From positions 64,001-128,000 of IMG/VR virus record IMGVR_UViG_3300050343_000199: 64,000 nt of DNA. The stretch is one strand, 5' to 3'. The notes below the pieces were generated by a model. It worked only from the letters and a program-made list of their open reading frames with translations, ran no database searches and was not told the origin of the DNA. The DNA is from a virus. The translations under genes and the position numbers were made by a program. This document shows positions 36,901-43,897 of this stretch, in pieces. Each line of letters starts with the position of its first letter. The first letter of the stretch is position 1.

Positions 36901-39900
36901 CACAAACAGGGGATCCATCAGCAGTAATTGTTAGGTCTTTAGATTGAGTTAGAGTTGTATGACCACCAACAGTTACATTTTCATTTCTCATGACCTCAAT
37001 CATGAGAGCACGTGCTTCAGTAAACGCGAAAATTGTTTCTGTTTCTTCACCAGCGACATGTGCCCCAGTAGCATAGAAGTTAGCAGCATCCCATACTCTG
37101 TCATTACCGCCATATGCTAAGTTATGAGCAACAACATCTACAACGTCCTTGATGTCATCAAGACAATCATTACTGTTTCCAGTTGGAACTGTAAATGTAG
37201 GGAAGTTTGCTAACATTCTACCCAAAGCAATCTCAGAAATAAAGTCTTTGTTTGCTAGAATTAAGTTTCTTGCATCTGCAGACTTATTATCTACAGGTGT
37301 AGGAGCATCAACTGTAATAGTTGTGTCTTTTGTCTGAGTTAAACCATGACTACCGACAAGGAGCATGGTTTCATTTCTCATTGCTTGGACCATTAGGTCT
37401 CTAGCATATTCAAGAGCTTGTGTAGTCTGTACTTCTTCACCGGCAACATGAGCACCCTGAACATACAGGTTTGCCATGTCCCAGACTCTATCATTTCCAC
37501 CAAATGCTAAGTTATAAGAAACTTCCTGAACGAAATCATCAATGTCATCAATACAATCTTGAGCGTTGCCAGTTGGAGGAACAAACCCAGGATTCTCAGC
37601 GATCATTCTTTCGTATGCTTCAGCAGCAATCACTGCTTTATTGGAAAGAATTAAGTTGCGAGCATCACCATTACGATCAATTACTGGATCTGGTGTATTA
37701 TATGTAATTGATGTATCATAGGTTTGAGTTAAACCATGAGACCCTACCGAAAGGACCTTTTGGTTTCTCATAACTTGAGCAGCCATTTCTTTTGCTTGCT
37801 CAAAAATATGAAGAGTTTGTGCTTCTTCACCTGCTACATGAGCACCTTTAACATAAGAATAGGCAGCATCCCAAGATTTATCGTTACCACCGTATGCTAA
37901 GTTATCAGCAACTGCTTCTAGAATATCAATAACATCATCAATACAATCCTGTGGATTACCTGTAGGAGTAGTAAATGAAGGGTATACTGTAAGCATTCTT
38001 GCATATGCTTCAGTTGCGATCAAAGTTTTGTTAGCAAGAATTAGATTACGAGCATCACCATAACGATCTTTGACTAGTTCAGGAGCAACATAGGTGATAG
38101 TAGTATCTTTCTGTTGTGATAAACCATGAGATCCAAAGATGAATACATCTTCATTACGCATGACTTGGATGCACATATCTCTAGCATATGTAAATGCTTT
38201 GATAGTCTCATCTTCTTCGCCAGCAACATGAGCGCCGGTTTCATACAAGTATGCTGCATCATAAGTATCAGCATTACCACCAAAAGCAGTATTTTCTGCA
38301 ACTGCTTCAATTACATCAACAATATCATCCTTACAATCCTGTGGATTACCTGTAGGAGTAACAAATCCAGGGAAGTCAAGGACCATGCGATCATATGCTT
38401 CAGCAGCAATGAATGCTTTATTGAGAAGGATTAAATCTTTTGCGTCTCCGTAACGATCAGATACCAGTTTCTTCTCACTGTATACTGCTTTTTGACCCAA
38501 CTCAATTGTAGTTGCATCAATAACACGCTTAACATAAGTGTTATCTGGGATGGCAGGAGAATTAGGACGTGAAGCTCCAGCATTTAACTTACCATCAGTA
38601 AACTCAGAAGGATCGTAATCTGCAACGATCATACCCTGAGAAATACCAGAAGTATCGCCAATGTTTACAATAGAAGATGCTGCTGTAGTAGAAACACCTT
38701 GACGCAGATACGAGAAATTACGCATCGCTGCGATTGCTAAATCTCTCGCGTAATTATATCCTTCTAAAGTTTCTGATAGTTCTCCAGTGATATAAGAGAG
38801 ATTATTTCCAACATAATAAGACTCTGCTGCCTGGATAGTATTAATATTACCACCAAGACGAAGATCTTGTACTGTAGCATCAATCAGATATCCAATATCG
38901 CGACGACATTTCTCAATGCTGATGCCAGATTTAACTACAAGATTTGGATACTTTCCAGTGATAAATCCATATGCTTCAGCAGCAATGAAGCTCTTATTTT
39001 CTTCAATTCTATCTGCTGCATCAAGATCCTTATTATTAAGTACAAGATTGCTAGGATTAAGAATAGATGCAGTTGCAGTAAATTTCTTAAATCCATTTGG
39101 TGATAGAGTAGCATCAAAAATGTTACTAGCACCAGCACTTCTTGGAGTTAGTTTTACATATAGTTTTTCATCACTTCTTGCACCAATTCTGAATCCATCA
39201 ATTGATGCTGCAGGTCTCTTGGCAGGATCATATGCTTCATCATCACCAAAGAAAATTTTACTGTGATTATTAGGATCATTAGATGCTTTTACATCAATAG
39301 TATAGTAAGCATTCTTCTTAGTATTTCCTTGTGTTTCAGGGATAGTTTTTGGAGGAACAATATCCGTGATGTAACCACCCTTATCTTGATTAAAGGCAAA
39401 TCCTTTAAAACCAATAGCATGAAGTGATGTGTTACCGAAGTTAGAGTTAGAGTTGGTGATAGACATATCACCACCACTTTCCATTAGGAAGTGATCAGCA
39501 AAACCAACAGCGAAGATAGAAACGTTCTGAATAAATGCGTCATCTGATGCACGAACGTGGAAGTTTCTCCAGTCATCCTTCCAATATGCATCACCTTTAG
39601 TGTGATATGGAACAGTCGCAAATGCATCAGTTAATGATGCCTGATTAAACGTGTTAGAATACTCATCATAACGAATGAATGCTCTGTCATCTTTCTGCAA
39701 TGAAACGCCCGTATACTGAGCGATAACCATGGATTTAAATCCAGTTGCCTTCAGTCCATTTGCCCAGATTCCGCAAATACCCCAGGTAGAGCGAATAGAG
39801 CAGTTAAAGACATACGGAGACGCGGATTCAACGGAATCAACTTCCGCTTTAACTACCGCATTTGCACTTAATCCACTTTGAGCTGTATATGATGTTCCGC

Positions 39901-40957
39901 TAACTAAACTTACACTGGTTCCAAGAGCTGCAACAGTTCCAGGAATTTTATAAGTAAACTTCCTACCATCTACTAGATCAATATCTTCTACGGGGAAGGT
40001 GCCGTTTAATTGATCATCTAACCCATTGTTTTCAATAGAAACAAACTGGTTCTTGAAATAACCATGATTTACTTTAGTGGTAATATTGACACTGATTGTT
40101 CCTGCAGGAGAGGAATCTACACACTCAATACTTTCAATAGAGCGAATGTCTGATAGAGGACCAACAATTCTAGTTTCTTGGATTCTTTCAGTAAATTCAC
40201 CGGGATCGTCAATTGTTGGTTGATACTGAGAAAATGCCTTAGCAATCTTCTGATAGTATAGACCTAATTCTTCTTTGTCTGCATATTCAAATACAGTTAG
40301 TTTATGGTGAGAATAGTTAGGAATTGCTAACTGATCCCAGTATCCATTCTGATAATATACCTTACCTACACCTTCGTTCTTATTGTAGAGAGGAGAAGAA
40401 GGTTCTAGATCACCATCTTTGATCGTAAACTGCCAGAAATAACATGCACCAGTTACATTAAAGATAGCAGAACGCTTCTCTAACCTGTCTGCAGGATCTG
40501 GGACATATAAAGGACGGACAACAGTCCTACGAAGATCATAACCTACAAGAGATGAACCTCTAGGTAGAATTGCACCACCTTCAGTGTTATTGAATCTATA
40601 AAGGATATTATTTGGATCTGAGATATCAAGATTAGAGTTATCTTCCCACTCATTTAATGCTTGATTGAATGCAAATGCATCAATACCCGTAGTTCCAACA
40701 ATGCCAGGACGGTTATCAATATAATGATTACCAGGCATCAACATGATCGTGAACTGGTCAAAACGATCATTATCGGGACCAGGAAGGTATGAATACCTTG
40801 CAATCTCTAAGAATGCTCTTTGAATAGACTTAAATGGTCTAATTGGGGAATTTCCCCTGTTGTTCAACTCATCCGAAGCATTGAAATCATCGGGGGAGAC
40901 ATACAAATACTTACCAGTTTTACTACTAATAAGATTGTCAAGTCTAGTCAAAGCCAT
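30965..40957 (-). CDS. Giant virion structural/tail fibre protein (>3300 aa), truncated by a frameshift at about 30975
   Basis: MALTRLDNLISSKTGKYLYVSPDDFNASD...RPFKSIQRA N-terminus typical of cyanomyovirus structural proteins. Internal 130-aa repeats. Confidence 0.85.
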   Translation of the reverse strand: MALTRLDNLISSKTGKYLYVSPDDFNASDELNNRGNSPIRPFKSIQRAFLEIARYSYLPGPDNDRFDQFTIMLMPGNHYIDNRPGIVGTTGIDAFAFNQALNEWEDNSNLDISDPNNILYRFNNTEGGAILPRGSSLVGYDLRRTVVRPLYVPDPADRLEKRSAIFNVTGACYFWQFTIKDGDLEPSSPLYNKNEGVGKVYYQNGYWDQLAIPNYSHHKLTVFEYADKEELGLYYQKIAKAFSQYQPTIDDPGEFTERIQETRIVGPLSDIRSIESIECVDSSPAGTISVNITTKVNHGYFKNQFVSIENNGLDDQLNGTFPVEDIDLVDGRKFTYKIPGTVAALGTSVSLVSGTSYTAQSGLSANAVVKAEVDSVESASPYVFNCSIRSTWGICGIWANGLKATGFKSMVIAQYTGVSLQKDDRAFIRYDEYSNTFNQASLTDAFATVPYHTKGDAYWKDDWRNFHVRASDDAFIQNVSIFAVGFADHFLMESGGDMSITNSNSNFGNTSLHAIGFKGFAFNQDKGGYITDIVPPKTIPETQGNTKKNAYYTIDVKASNDPNNHSKIFFGDDEAYDPAKRPAASIDGFRIGARSDEKLYVKLTPRSAGASNIFDATLSPNGFKKFTATASILNPSNLVLNNKDLDAADRIEENKSFIAAEAYGFITGKYPNLVVKSGISIEKCRRDIGYLIDATVQDLRLGGNINTIQAAESYYVGNNLSYITGELSETLEGYNYARDLAIAAMRNFSYLRQGVSTTAASSIVNIGDTSGISQGMIVADYDPSEFTDGKLNAGASRPNSPAIPDNTYVKRVIDATTIELGQKAVYSEKKLVSDRYGDAKDLILLNKAFIAAEAYDRMVLDFPGFVTPTGNPQDCKDDIVDVIEAVAENTAFGGNADTYDAAYLYETGAHVAGEEDETIKAFTYARDMCIQVMRNEDVFIFGSHGLSQQKDTTITYVAPELVKDRYGDARNLILANKTLIATEAYARMLTVYPSFTTPTGNPQDCIDDVIDILEAVADNLAYGGNDKSWDAAYSYVKGAHVAGEEAQTLHIFEQAKEMAAQVMRNQKVLSVGSHGLTQTYDTSITYNTPDPVIDRNGDARNLILSNKAVIAAEAYERMIAENPGFVPPTGNAQDCIDDIDDFVQEVSYNLAFGGNDRVWDMANLYVQGAHVAGEEVQTTQALEYARDLMVQAMRNETMLLVGSHGLTQTKDTTITVDAPTPVDNKSADARNLILANKDFISEIALGRMLANFPTFTVPTGNSNDCLDDIKDVVDVVAHNLAYGGNDRVWDAANFYATGAHVAGEETETIFAFTEARALMIEVMRNENVTVGGHTTLTQSKDLTITADGSPVCASQAATITTLIQILTNTITSSNLLYGVTRTLSNASCNDVKSSLTTFTDLVTVAINTPSSLANVARTLSVGSCEDARTTITTLFNIISSAVSTPTSLSSVLRTVSNGSCQNVASAVTTLFQIVNNTIANPGYLQSVDRVESPLGLAFGPSVNANATTTNSYLYFTLTSGVYTSEFSPTVDDTITQHTSYPECADQASAIRQFFTNISTIIQTGLNTIPRVEPSQLTTQLASRATTWTLRTGAGANPHNLETGTPIRLVPRPRYDSVTNSYVDVDKRKIRLPNGFETNEEYYVIAPARKTKPEPYEGTSVFDGTDQTKIMLANSKENAAAGIYIHSAEVESIDPDIEIDVYQFVLDDNYDLHQYSCILEANTNSSIRTDVPHIFDVPFADISGHQVFFRANEGGSVPLVGSNYAGDSSISDSNGRIRGDKFFWARYQTEKTFTIHATKSDAIADINAITFQTGSYDFSTFADKRESPVKYDPSYLNPNTTPAIYGKWYMQVEDHSSNVNDPRYDESILTRLHENTYSDISGQDKTNDAWFERIKDERDKDDRIYRLRYVIPEYLQAVRDPINGFTIKVRKDETRKLLPQKLVLKPVSGSVTKARFFNPVQANEVIGFTKADFLSNNLNEETAYDPYKRDVVGTTQYAKSIETSNYVSMTIQSGRYFNDAQSGDELLEVTVFDLGITNVGLLNETFTTVKVTAPQGGSFVANKTQSNSANRVDWYGNSSGYAFIHAALNVPNTSDWYLILKGISGKIDYSVFENIRFAQGAVFADLLTDEDFGKSLYIKDLIRKNYPEYYYRQLGSKVYTITPGDIITDDANVQFYVESVTDTGELDDTFYIFDVEEVQRRIYGQQDGIYYLTAVRGNISPFPTGAGNQGNFRNFKFSQPISKLYPLNYKNDPLWFKQLDNTQLDVPATYSAADNYTHGLVRVNDFKGSMTREAMLDFTTQQALLQNTYTQVNSSIDNRLRAQKGNAASGSEDRRIPIAGDSTVMSDQRLYVELRRPSIARAGNHTFEYLGFGPGNYSTGLPARQEIVLTPTQDFYAQSKKQNGGLVFYTGLNSNGDLYIGNRKIDAITGEEVFLESAALVDSDDDTEDIGSLVTTFDTPVTFNEYITVNGGDAQDRMSTFNSPVTINVLGRVRDYAFTVVSNVSPSDGDDATLDKTNQFLNQDTNGDIVIARNRVAASIFQFNPRGSNGAAQGYKIQNHVVGSIGSNITPNQSPVYSTGLGTAINTTQNVLYGSEVPLSGDILLKGSEVGGTGSLGWIYANFFARVVNANLLNFQMNGSTVITITWGNNLSNDQVGVTSGSQIRISNYSDPGFNGLWQIIGNGFTASANTCQIAIIENRSNVANDNPRLWSSEVALGNDVRLEFSNSSWKEFGVIGSETIRTDTSDIGQYKLGINTVARSAHDAYMTAFVDVDTAPRANLDVVGNAFISGKIISDYLSNPAFANRTETTSDYALLVGGDSATPANEATLRVATTNNGRVGINVTNAELDRALVVDGTSRFTDDARFEHDIEVNGNDGTTAEIRTSQTSGTFNLVTDTAFTGTLNVGNSVKTLNLLNTTTQDQYVYVGNKSLHSNIWIGNTPDLNSNISKITIGGAYNNNESLSFTQIDTKALKVSGDIQLGTRRGLDDTVKLSSTAGTVEFFSGNSSTSKLDFATNASDITVGGQGGSTRIRNNLIVDSTARFNSDMTLCGGFASYSFTADRGQIGSSKITHTSGILGNNLFKSNVDLITVARVAVSDARYNAVDTSGSGDWGGTVFQNEITTIGGTPNVEPQVLSALSGNQYYLPIKNKPVDAEDAQYFTENDILLVDTAITGNKHPEFVKIVSLPRINVAPYYLIVERLPFGTFTEIRSDHNDTAAIYKCTVQFESTWITTNLDNSGTEEDIYLAQFGGDISIGDYVIISRDDGTPSGDGVDDTGEIFKVKTLLDQVAKSFRVKNGCDTSTESTVFEINSVTGNVFIDSNKTTINGFR
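36900..38460 (-). repeat. Four tandem ~130-aa protein repeats
   Basis: D(R/N)xxDA(K/R)xLILxNK units start at about 38458, 38068, 37678 and 37291 (390, 390, 387 nt spacing). Confidence 0.85.
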
Positions 40958-40997
40958 ATTACTCAACCGCTGCGGTTACTAAGATCTGATCTCAGAT

Positions 40998-41005
40998 TAT
41001 TTATA
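40998..41005 (-). promoter_or_regulatory. Late promoter TATAAATA
   Basis: Perfect T4 late consensus upstream of the giant structural gene. Confidence 0.8.
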
Positions 41006-41008
41006 CAA

Positions 41009-41080
41009 CTCCCGAGGCAGGATTTGAACCTGCGACCGAGTGATTAACAGTCACCAGCTCTGCCGCTGAGCTACTCGGGA
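41009..41080 (-). tRNA. trnN: tRNA-Asn (GTT)
   Basis: TCCCGAG/CTCGGGA acceptor, GGTGA-CTGTTAA-TCACT anticodon arm, GTTCAAATC T-loop. CCA not encoded. Confidence 0.95.
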
Positions 41081-41106
41081 TTAAAGAGGTATCTCACCTC
41101 TAGGAT

Positions 41107-41718
41107 TTAGTTTGTAACTAAAGAATGCAACCACCCTGTAGCAATATATTTAATTTCGCTTTTGGGTGGGTATCCACGATGAAAAAAAGTCCAACATGCC
41201 GGAAAAATGATCATTCTTCCAGTCTTGGGTTGAATTTTTGTACCATCAATAAATTCTGTGTAACCATCTTCTACGATATCATTAAGATACCATATAAACG
41301 TTAACAGGCGAACACCACTATTTTCAATTTCAGACTTAATTGTATTAAAGTCACTATGCCAAGTATATCCAGAATTAGGATTAGTTCTTTGTATTTGATA
41401 CCCAGAATCTTTCATTTCATTTAGCAAGATTTCAATAGTATCTTTATTAGTGCGTTCTTTAATGATCTCACTATTTACATAATTTCTTAAATGCTCAGTA
41501 AGAGTTTTACAAAATACATCATCTTCATATTTCCAATCGGAAAGAGAAGAAATTTGTAGATCGGTAGAATCTTTTACTTCTTTGTTAATATAACCATGAC
41601 CAATATGACCTTCAAATTTACGCTCGTCTGCTTCAAATTTTTCAATACATGTTTTACAGAAATGCTCACTTAAGGCATTATCTGCACAGTATATAAATTC
41701 TGAATACTGAAAAGACAT
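41107..41718 (-). CDS. 2OG-Fe(II) oxygenase (prolyl-hydroxylase-like)
   Basis: WHSD...TFIWYLND...FPACWTFFHRG...KYIATGW. Confidence 0.9.
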   Translation of the reverse strand: MSFQYSEFIYCADNALSEHFCKTCIEKFEADERKFEGHIGHGYINKEVKDSTDLQISSLSDWKYEDDVFCKTLTEHLRNYVNSEIIKERTNKDTIEILLNEMKDSGYQIQRTNPNSGYTWHSDFNTIKSEIENSGVRLLTFIWYLNDIVEDGYTEFIDGTKIQPKTGRMIIFPACWTFFHRGYPPKSEIKYIATGWLHSLVTN

Positions 41719-41756
41719 AATACGAAGACATAAGGAAGGGGCATCTCACCCCTCAG

Positions 41757-41940
41757 AACTACTTGGTTAACAAGGCTAGTTTAACCCCGATCTCCCATTC
41801 AGGCAGTCGCGAGTTCGCGAGTGCGGGAGAATGCAACGATATTATTCGCTGCGGTGTCAGATGTTTTTGCATCTATGGTTTGCTTATCCAAGCAGGTTTC
41901 AGTAACACTCCTTATACCCCGTCTAAACCATGGCACCCCC
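41757..41940 (-). ncRNA. ssrA: tmRNA coding piece (permuted two-piece tmRNA)
   Basis: 5' GGGGGTG-CCATGGTTTAGAC-GGGGTATAAGGAGTGTTAC (tRNA-like 5' arm and helix 2). Tag ORF at 41849-41799 encodes ANNIVAFSRTRELATA*. TCTCCC/GGGAGA helix encloses the stop. 3' end approximate. Confidence 0.9.
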
Positions 41941-41945
41941 AGGAG

Positions 41946-42027
41946 TGGGCAGAGTTGGATTTGAACCAACGTAGGCAGAGCCAGAAGATTTACAGTCTTC
42001 CTCCTTTAACCACTCGGACATCTACCC
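41946..42027 (-). tRNA. trnY: tRNA-Tyr (GTA), nested between the two tmRNA pieces
   Basis: GGGTAGA/TCTGCCC acceptor, GAAGA-CTGTAAA-TCTTC anticodon arm, long variable arm, GGTTCAAATCC. Confidence 0.95.
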
Positions 42028-42029
42028 AA

Positions 42030-42080
42030 TGGAGGTGAGGGGAATTGAACCCCTGTCCGAAATACCGGTGGTGTCACCTA
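42030..42080 (-). ncRNA. ssrA: tmRNA acceptor piece
   Basis: GTGACAC...GTATTTC-GGAC-AGGGG-TTCAATT-CCCCT-CACCTCC-A. CACCTCC pairs with GGGGGTG giving G3-U70, discriminator A73. 5' end approximate. Confidence 0.9.
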
Positions 42081-42096
42081 TTCCACAAAAGTGGAA

Positions 42097-42169
42097 AGCC
42101 AAACACAGGACTTGAACCTGCGACCTGATCTTTACAAAAGACCTGCTCTACCAGCTGAGCTAGTTTGGC
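42097..42169 (-). tRNA. trnT: tRNA-Thr (TGT)
   Basis: GCCAAAC/GTTTGGC acceptor, GGTCT-TTTGTAA-AGATC anticodon arm. Confidence 0.95.
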
Positions 42170-42617
42170 GTTTAAACTCTAAATGTCCCCATTGAGATCC
42201 CCAGAGTTTTTTTCCAGTCTCAGGATTAATTCCTGAATCCATGACCTTGTAGTCATTATAACCTAAAATTATGCTGTTTGTCAAGTAAGTTTTAATTCCT
42301 TTCCAAAACACCCAGCAAGTACATTCAGTATTACTACCGTGATATTTGCTTCCAATCAATTCAAATAATGTATCGCATCCTTCTTTATATACACCTTTTA
42401 GGTCATAATTTTTGACGCGAATTTTTTCCCCTTCTGGGAAAATACGAATTAGAAATTTCCTATAGGGTTCTCTTTTATGAAAAGATTGGGTGCCCTCAAA
42501 CCAATCACCACCAATCCACCTATGCTTGATAATAATTCTAGCATATCTAGTAGGATATTTTAATGCCTGTTCTTTATTGTCAAAAGTACCTTCAATATAA
42601 TCATGAAAACGTGTCAT
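42132..42617 (-). CDS. cpeT: CpeT/CpcT-type phycobilin lyase-like protein
   Basis: EGTFDNKEQALKYPTRYARI...PYRKF...GCD...C...LWGS..G..EFKR. Confidence 0.75.
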   Translation of the reverse strand: MTRFHDYIEGTFDNKEQALKYPTRYARIIIKHRWIGGDWFEGTQSFHKREPYRKFLIRIFPEGEKIRVKNYDLKGVYKEGCDTLFELIGSKYHGSNTECTCWVFWKGIKTYLTNSIILGYNDYKVMDSGINPETGKKLWGSQWGHLEFKRQTSSAGRAGLL

Positions 42618-42897
42618 CTGGCATTAACTCTGGATTAGTCATTTCAACTGGATATAAACATGGATGTAATTCTTCAGCAATAAGATAGTCGGAATATTGA
42701 TCTACCTGCTCCATTGTAAACTCTGGATTTAATGCTGCTTCTGCTCTTATCCAAACATCTTCAAGTTCTTCCCTTTCTACTTTATCATATGTAAAAGGCA
42801 TTCCCTCAATGAAATACATTTTCACAATAACTGTGTAATTTACTGGAAATGTGCAAAAGACGTATTTTGATGTTAAATTGTATGGATGAAACGACAT
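42601..42897 (-). CDS. Conserved cyanophage hypothetical protein
   Basis: KMYFIEGMPFTYD...YLIAEELHP. Late-promoter-like ATAAATA at 42918-42924. Confidence 0.75.
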   Translation of the reverse strand: MSFHPYNLTSKYVFCTFPVNYTVIVKMYFIEGMPFTYDKVEREELEDVWIRAEAALNPEFTMEQVDQYSDYLIAEELHPCLYPVEMTNPELMPDDTFS

Positions 42898-42942
42898 CGT
42901 ATTGCTTCTGCTTGTCGTATTTATGGTGATATCAACTCATTT

Positions 42943-43131
42943 TCATTCTCCATATTCTTTTTTGAGTTTGAAATACAGTTTGTAATAGGGTTTTTTCATT
43001 TGATCAATAGTATTCATGTCTTCTTCAAACCCCATCCATTTACAGAGTTGATATGATCCTTCTAATTCACTAATCAACCTTAAAATATTAGCAGGATGCT
43101 TCTCAAGTCCACCAAAATCATACTTAGACAT
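42943..43131 (-). CDS. Conserved cyanophage hypothetical protein
   Basis: YDFGGLEKHPANILRLISELEGS. Confidence 0.75.
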   Translation of the reverse strand: MSKYDFGGLEKHPANILRLISELEGSYQLCKWMGFEEDMNTIDQMKKPYYKLYFKLKKEYGE

Positions 43132-43147
43132 AGTTTATTATTAATAA

Positions 43148-43232
43148 TAGGAGTAGGGAGACTTGAACTCCCACGAGCATAATGCTCAACAGATTTTAAG
43201 TCTGGTGTGTCTACCGATTCCACCATACTCCC
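43148..43232 (-). tRNA. trnL: tRNA-Leu (TAA)
   Basis: GGGAGTA/TACTCCT, GGTGGAATCGGTAGACAC D-arm, anticodon loop CTTAAAA, long variable arm. Confidence 0.95.
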
Positions 43233-43235
43233 GAA

Positions 43236-43308
43236 TGCAGGTTGTGGGAGTTGAACCCACTTTAGCCGCTTTATGAGAACGGTGCATTTACCAAATTGCT
43301 AAACCTGC
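43236..43308 (-). tRNA. tRNA with CAT anticodon (elongator Met or Ile2)
   Basis: GCAGGTT/AACCTGC, CCGTT-CTCATAA-AGCGG. Lacks initiator features. Confidence 0.9.
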
Positions 43309-43313
43309 TATAG

Positions 43314-43601
43314 TCACAGATCAATCTCAAGTTGTAGTTTACGTTCTTCCTCTATCCTATTATGCTCTGCCCACATCTCAGCAACCATATCTACAGGTTC
43401 TGGTGTCTGATAAGGTGGTGATGGTTGTGATTGCCACTCATCAATCGTTTCTTGTGTAGGGACAGTAATTCGGAAAGGAATATCTTCCTCCACAAACTCA
43501 TTATTCATATCAATATATGTCTGAGGAGTAATCTTAACCTGTTTAGGTTTATGCATCTTCTGATATTGATTAGCACCCAAGTTGTCTAGAAAATCATTCA
43601 T
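43314..43601 (-). CDS. Hypothetical protein
   Basis: MNDFLDNLGANQYQKM N-terminus. Confidence 0.7.
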   Translation of the reverse strand: MNDFLDNLGANQYQKMHKPKQVKITPQTYIDMNNEFVEEDIPFRITVPTQETIDEWQSQPSPPYQTPEPVDMVAEMWAEHNRIEEERKLQLEIDL

Positions 43602-43897
43602 AATGTTCGTTCTAATCTATTTGTTGCTTGATCTGGGAAGTCTCTAGGTCTACTATCAGTAGCATTGTCAGTCTTAGGAGAACCTTCGTTCGCCTTCATA
43701 GTATGCTGATAGTTTGGTCGTGGGTATCTCATATAGAATGGATCAGGCATCCAGTATGTTACCTGCCATTCTTGTTCGGGACATAGTTCAAGATGCTTCT
43801 CTACACTATGAGAAAAACTACCGAGTTGAATATAACCATCATGAGTGATGCATCTGCCATTGCCAGCATCAACCAGGAACATCATCTTGCTACTCAT
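43598..43897 (-). CDS. Conserved cyanophage hypothetical protein
   Basis: WQVTYWMPDPFYMRYPRPNYQHTMKANEGSPKTDNA. Confidence 0.75.
   Translation of the reverse strand: MSSKMMFLVDAGNGRCITHDGYIQLGSFSHSVEKHLELCPEQEWQVTYWMPDPFYMRYPRPNYQHTMKANEGSPKTDNATDSRPRDFPDQATNRLERTL

Noticed and set aside
22750-40966. Diversity-generating retroelement targeting tail fibres
   Set aside because: No reverse transcriptase and no template/variable repeat pair differing at adenines was seen in the window.
41763-42038. 91-aa plus-strand ORF over the RNA island
   Set aside because: It is the antisense shadow of tmRNA and tRNA-Tyr, with no RBS or protein motif.
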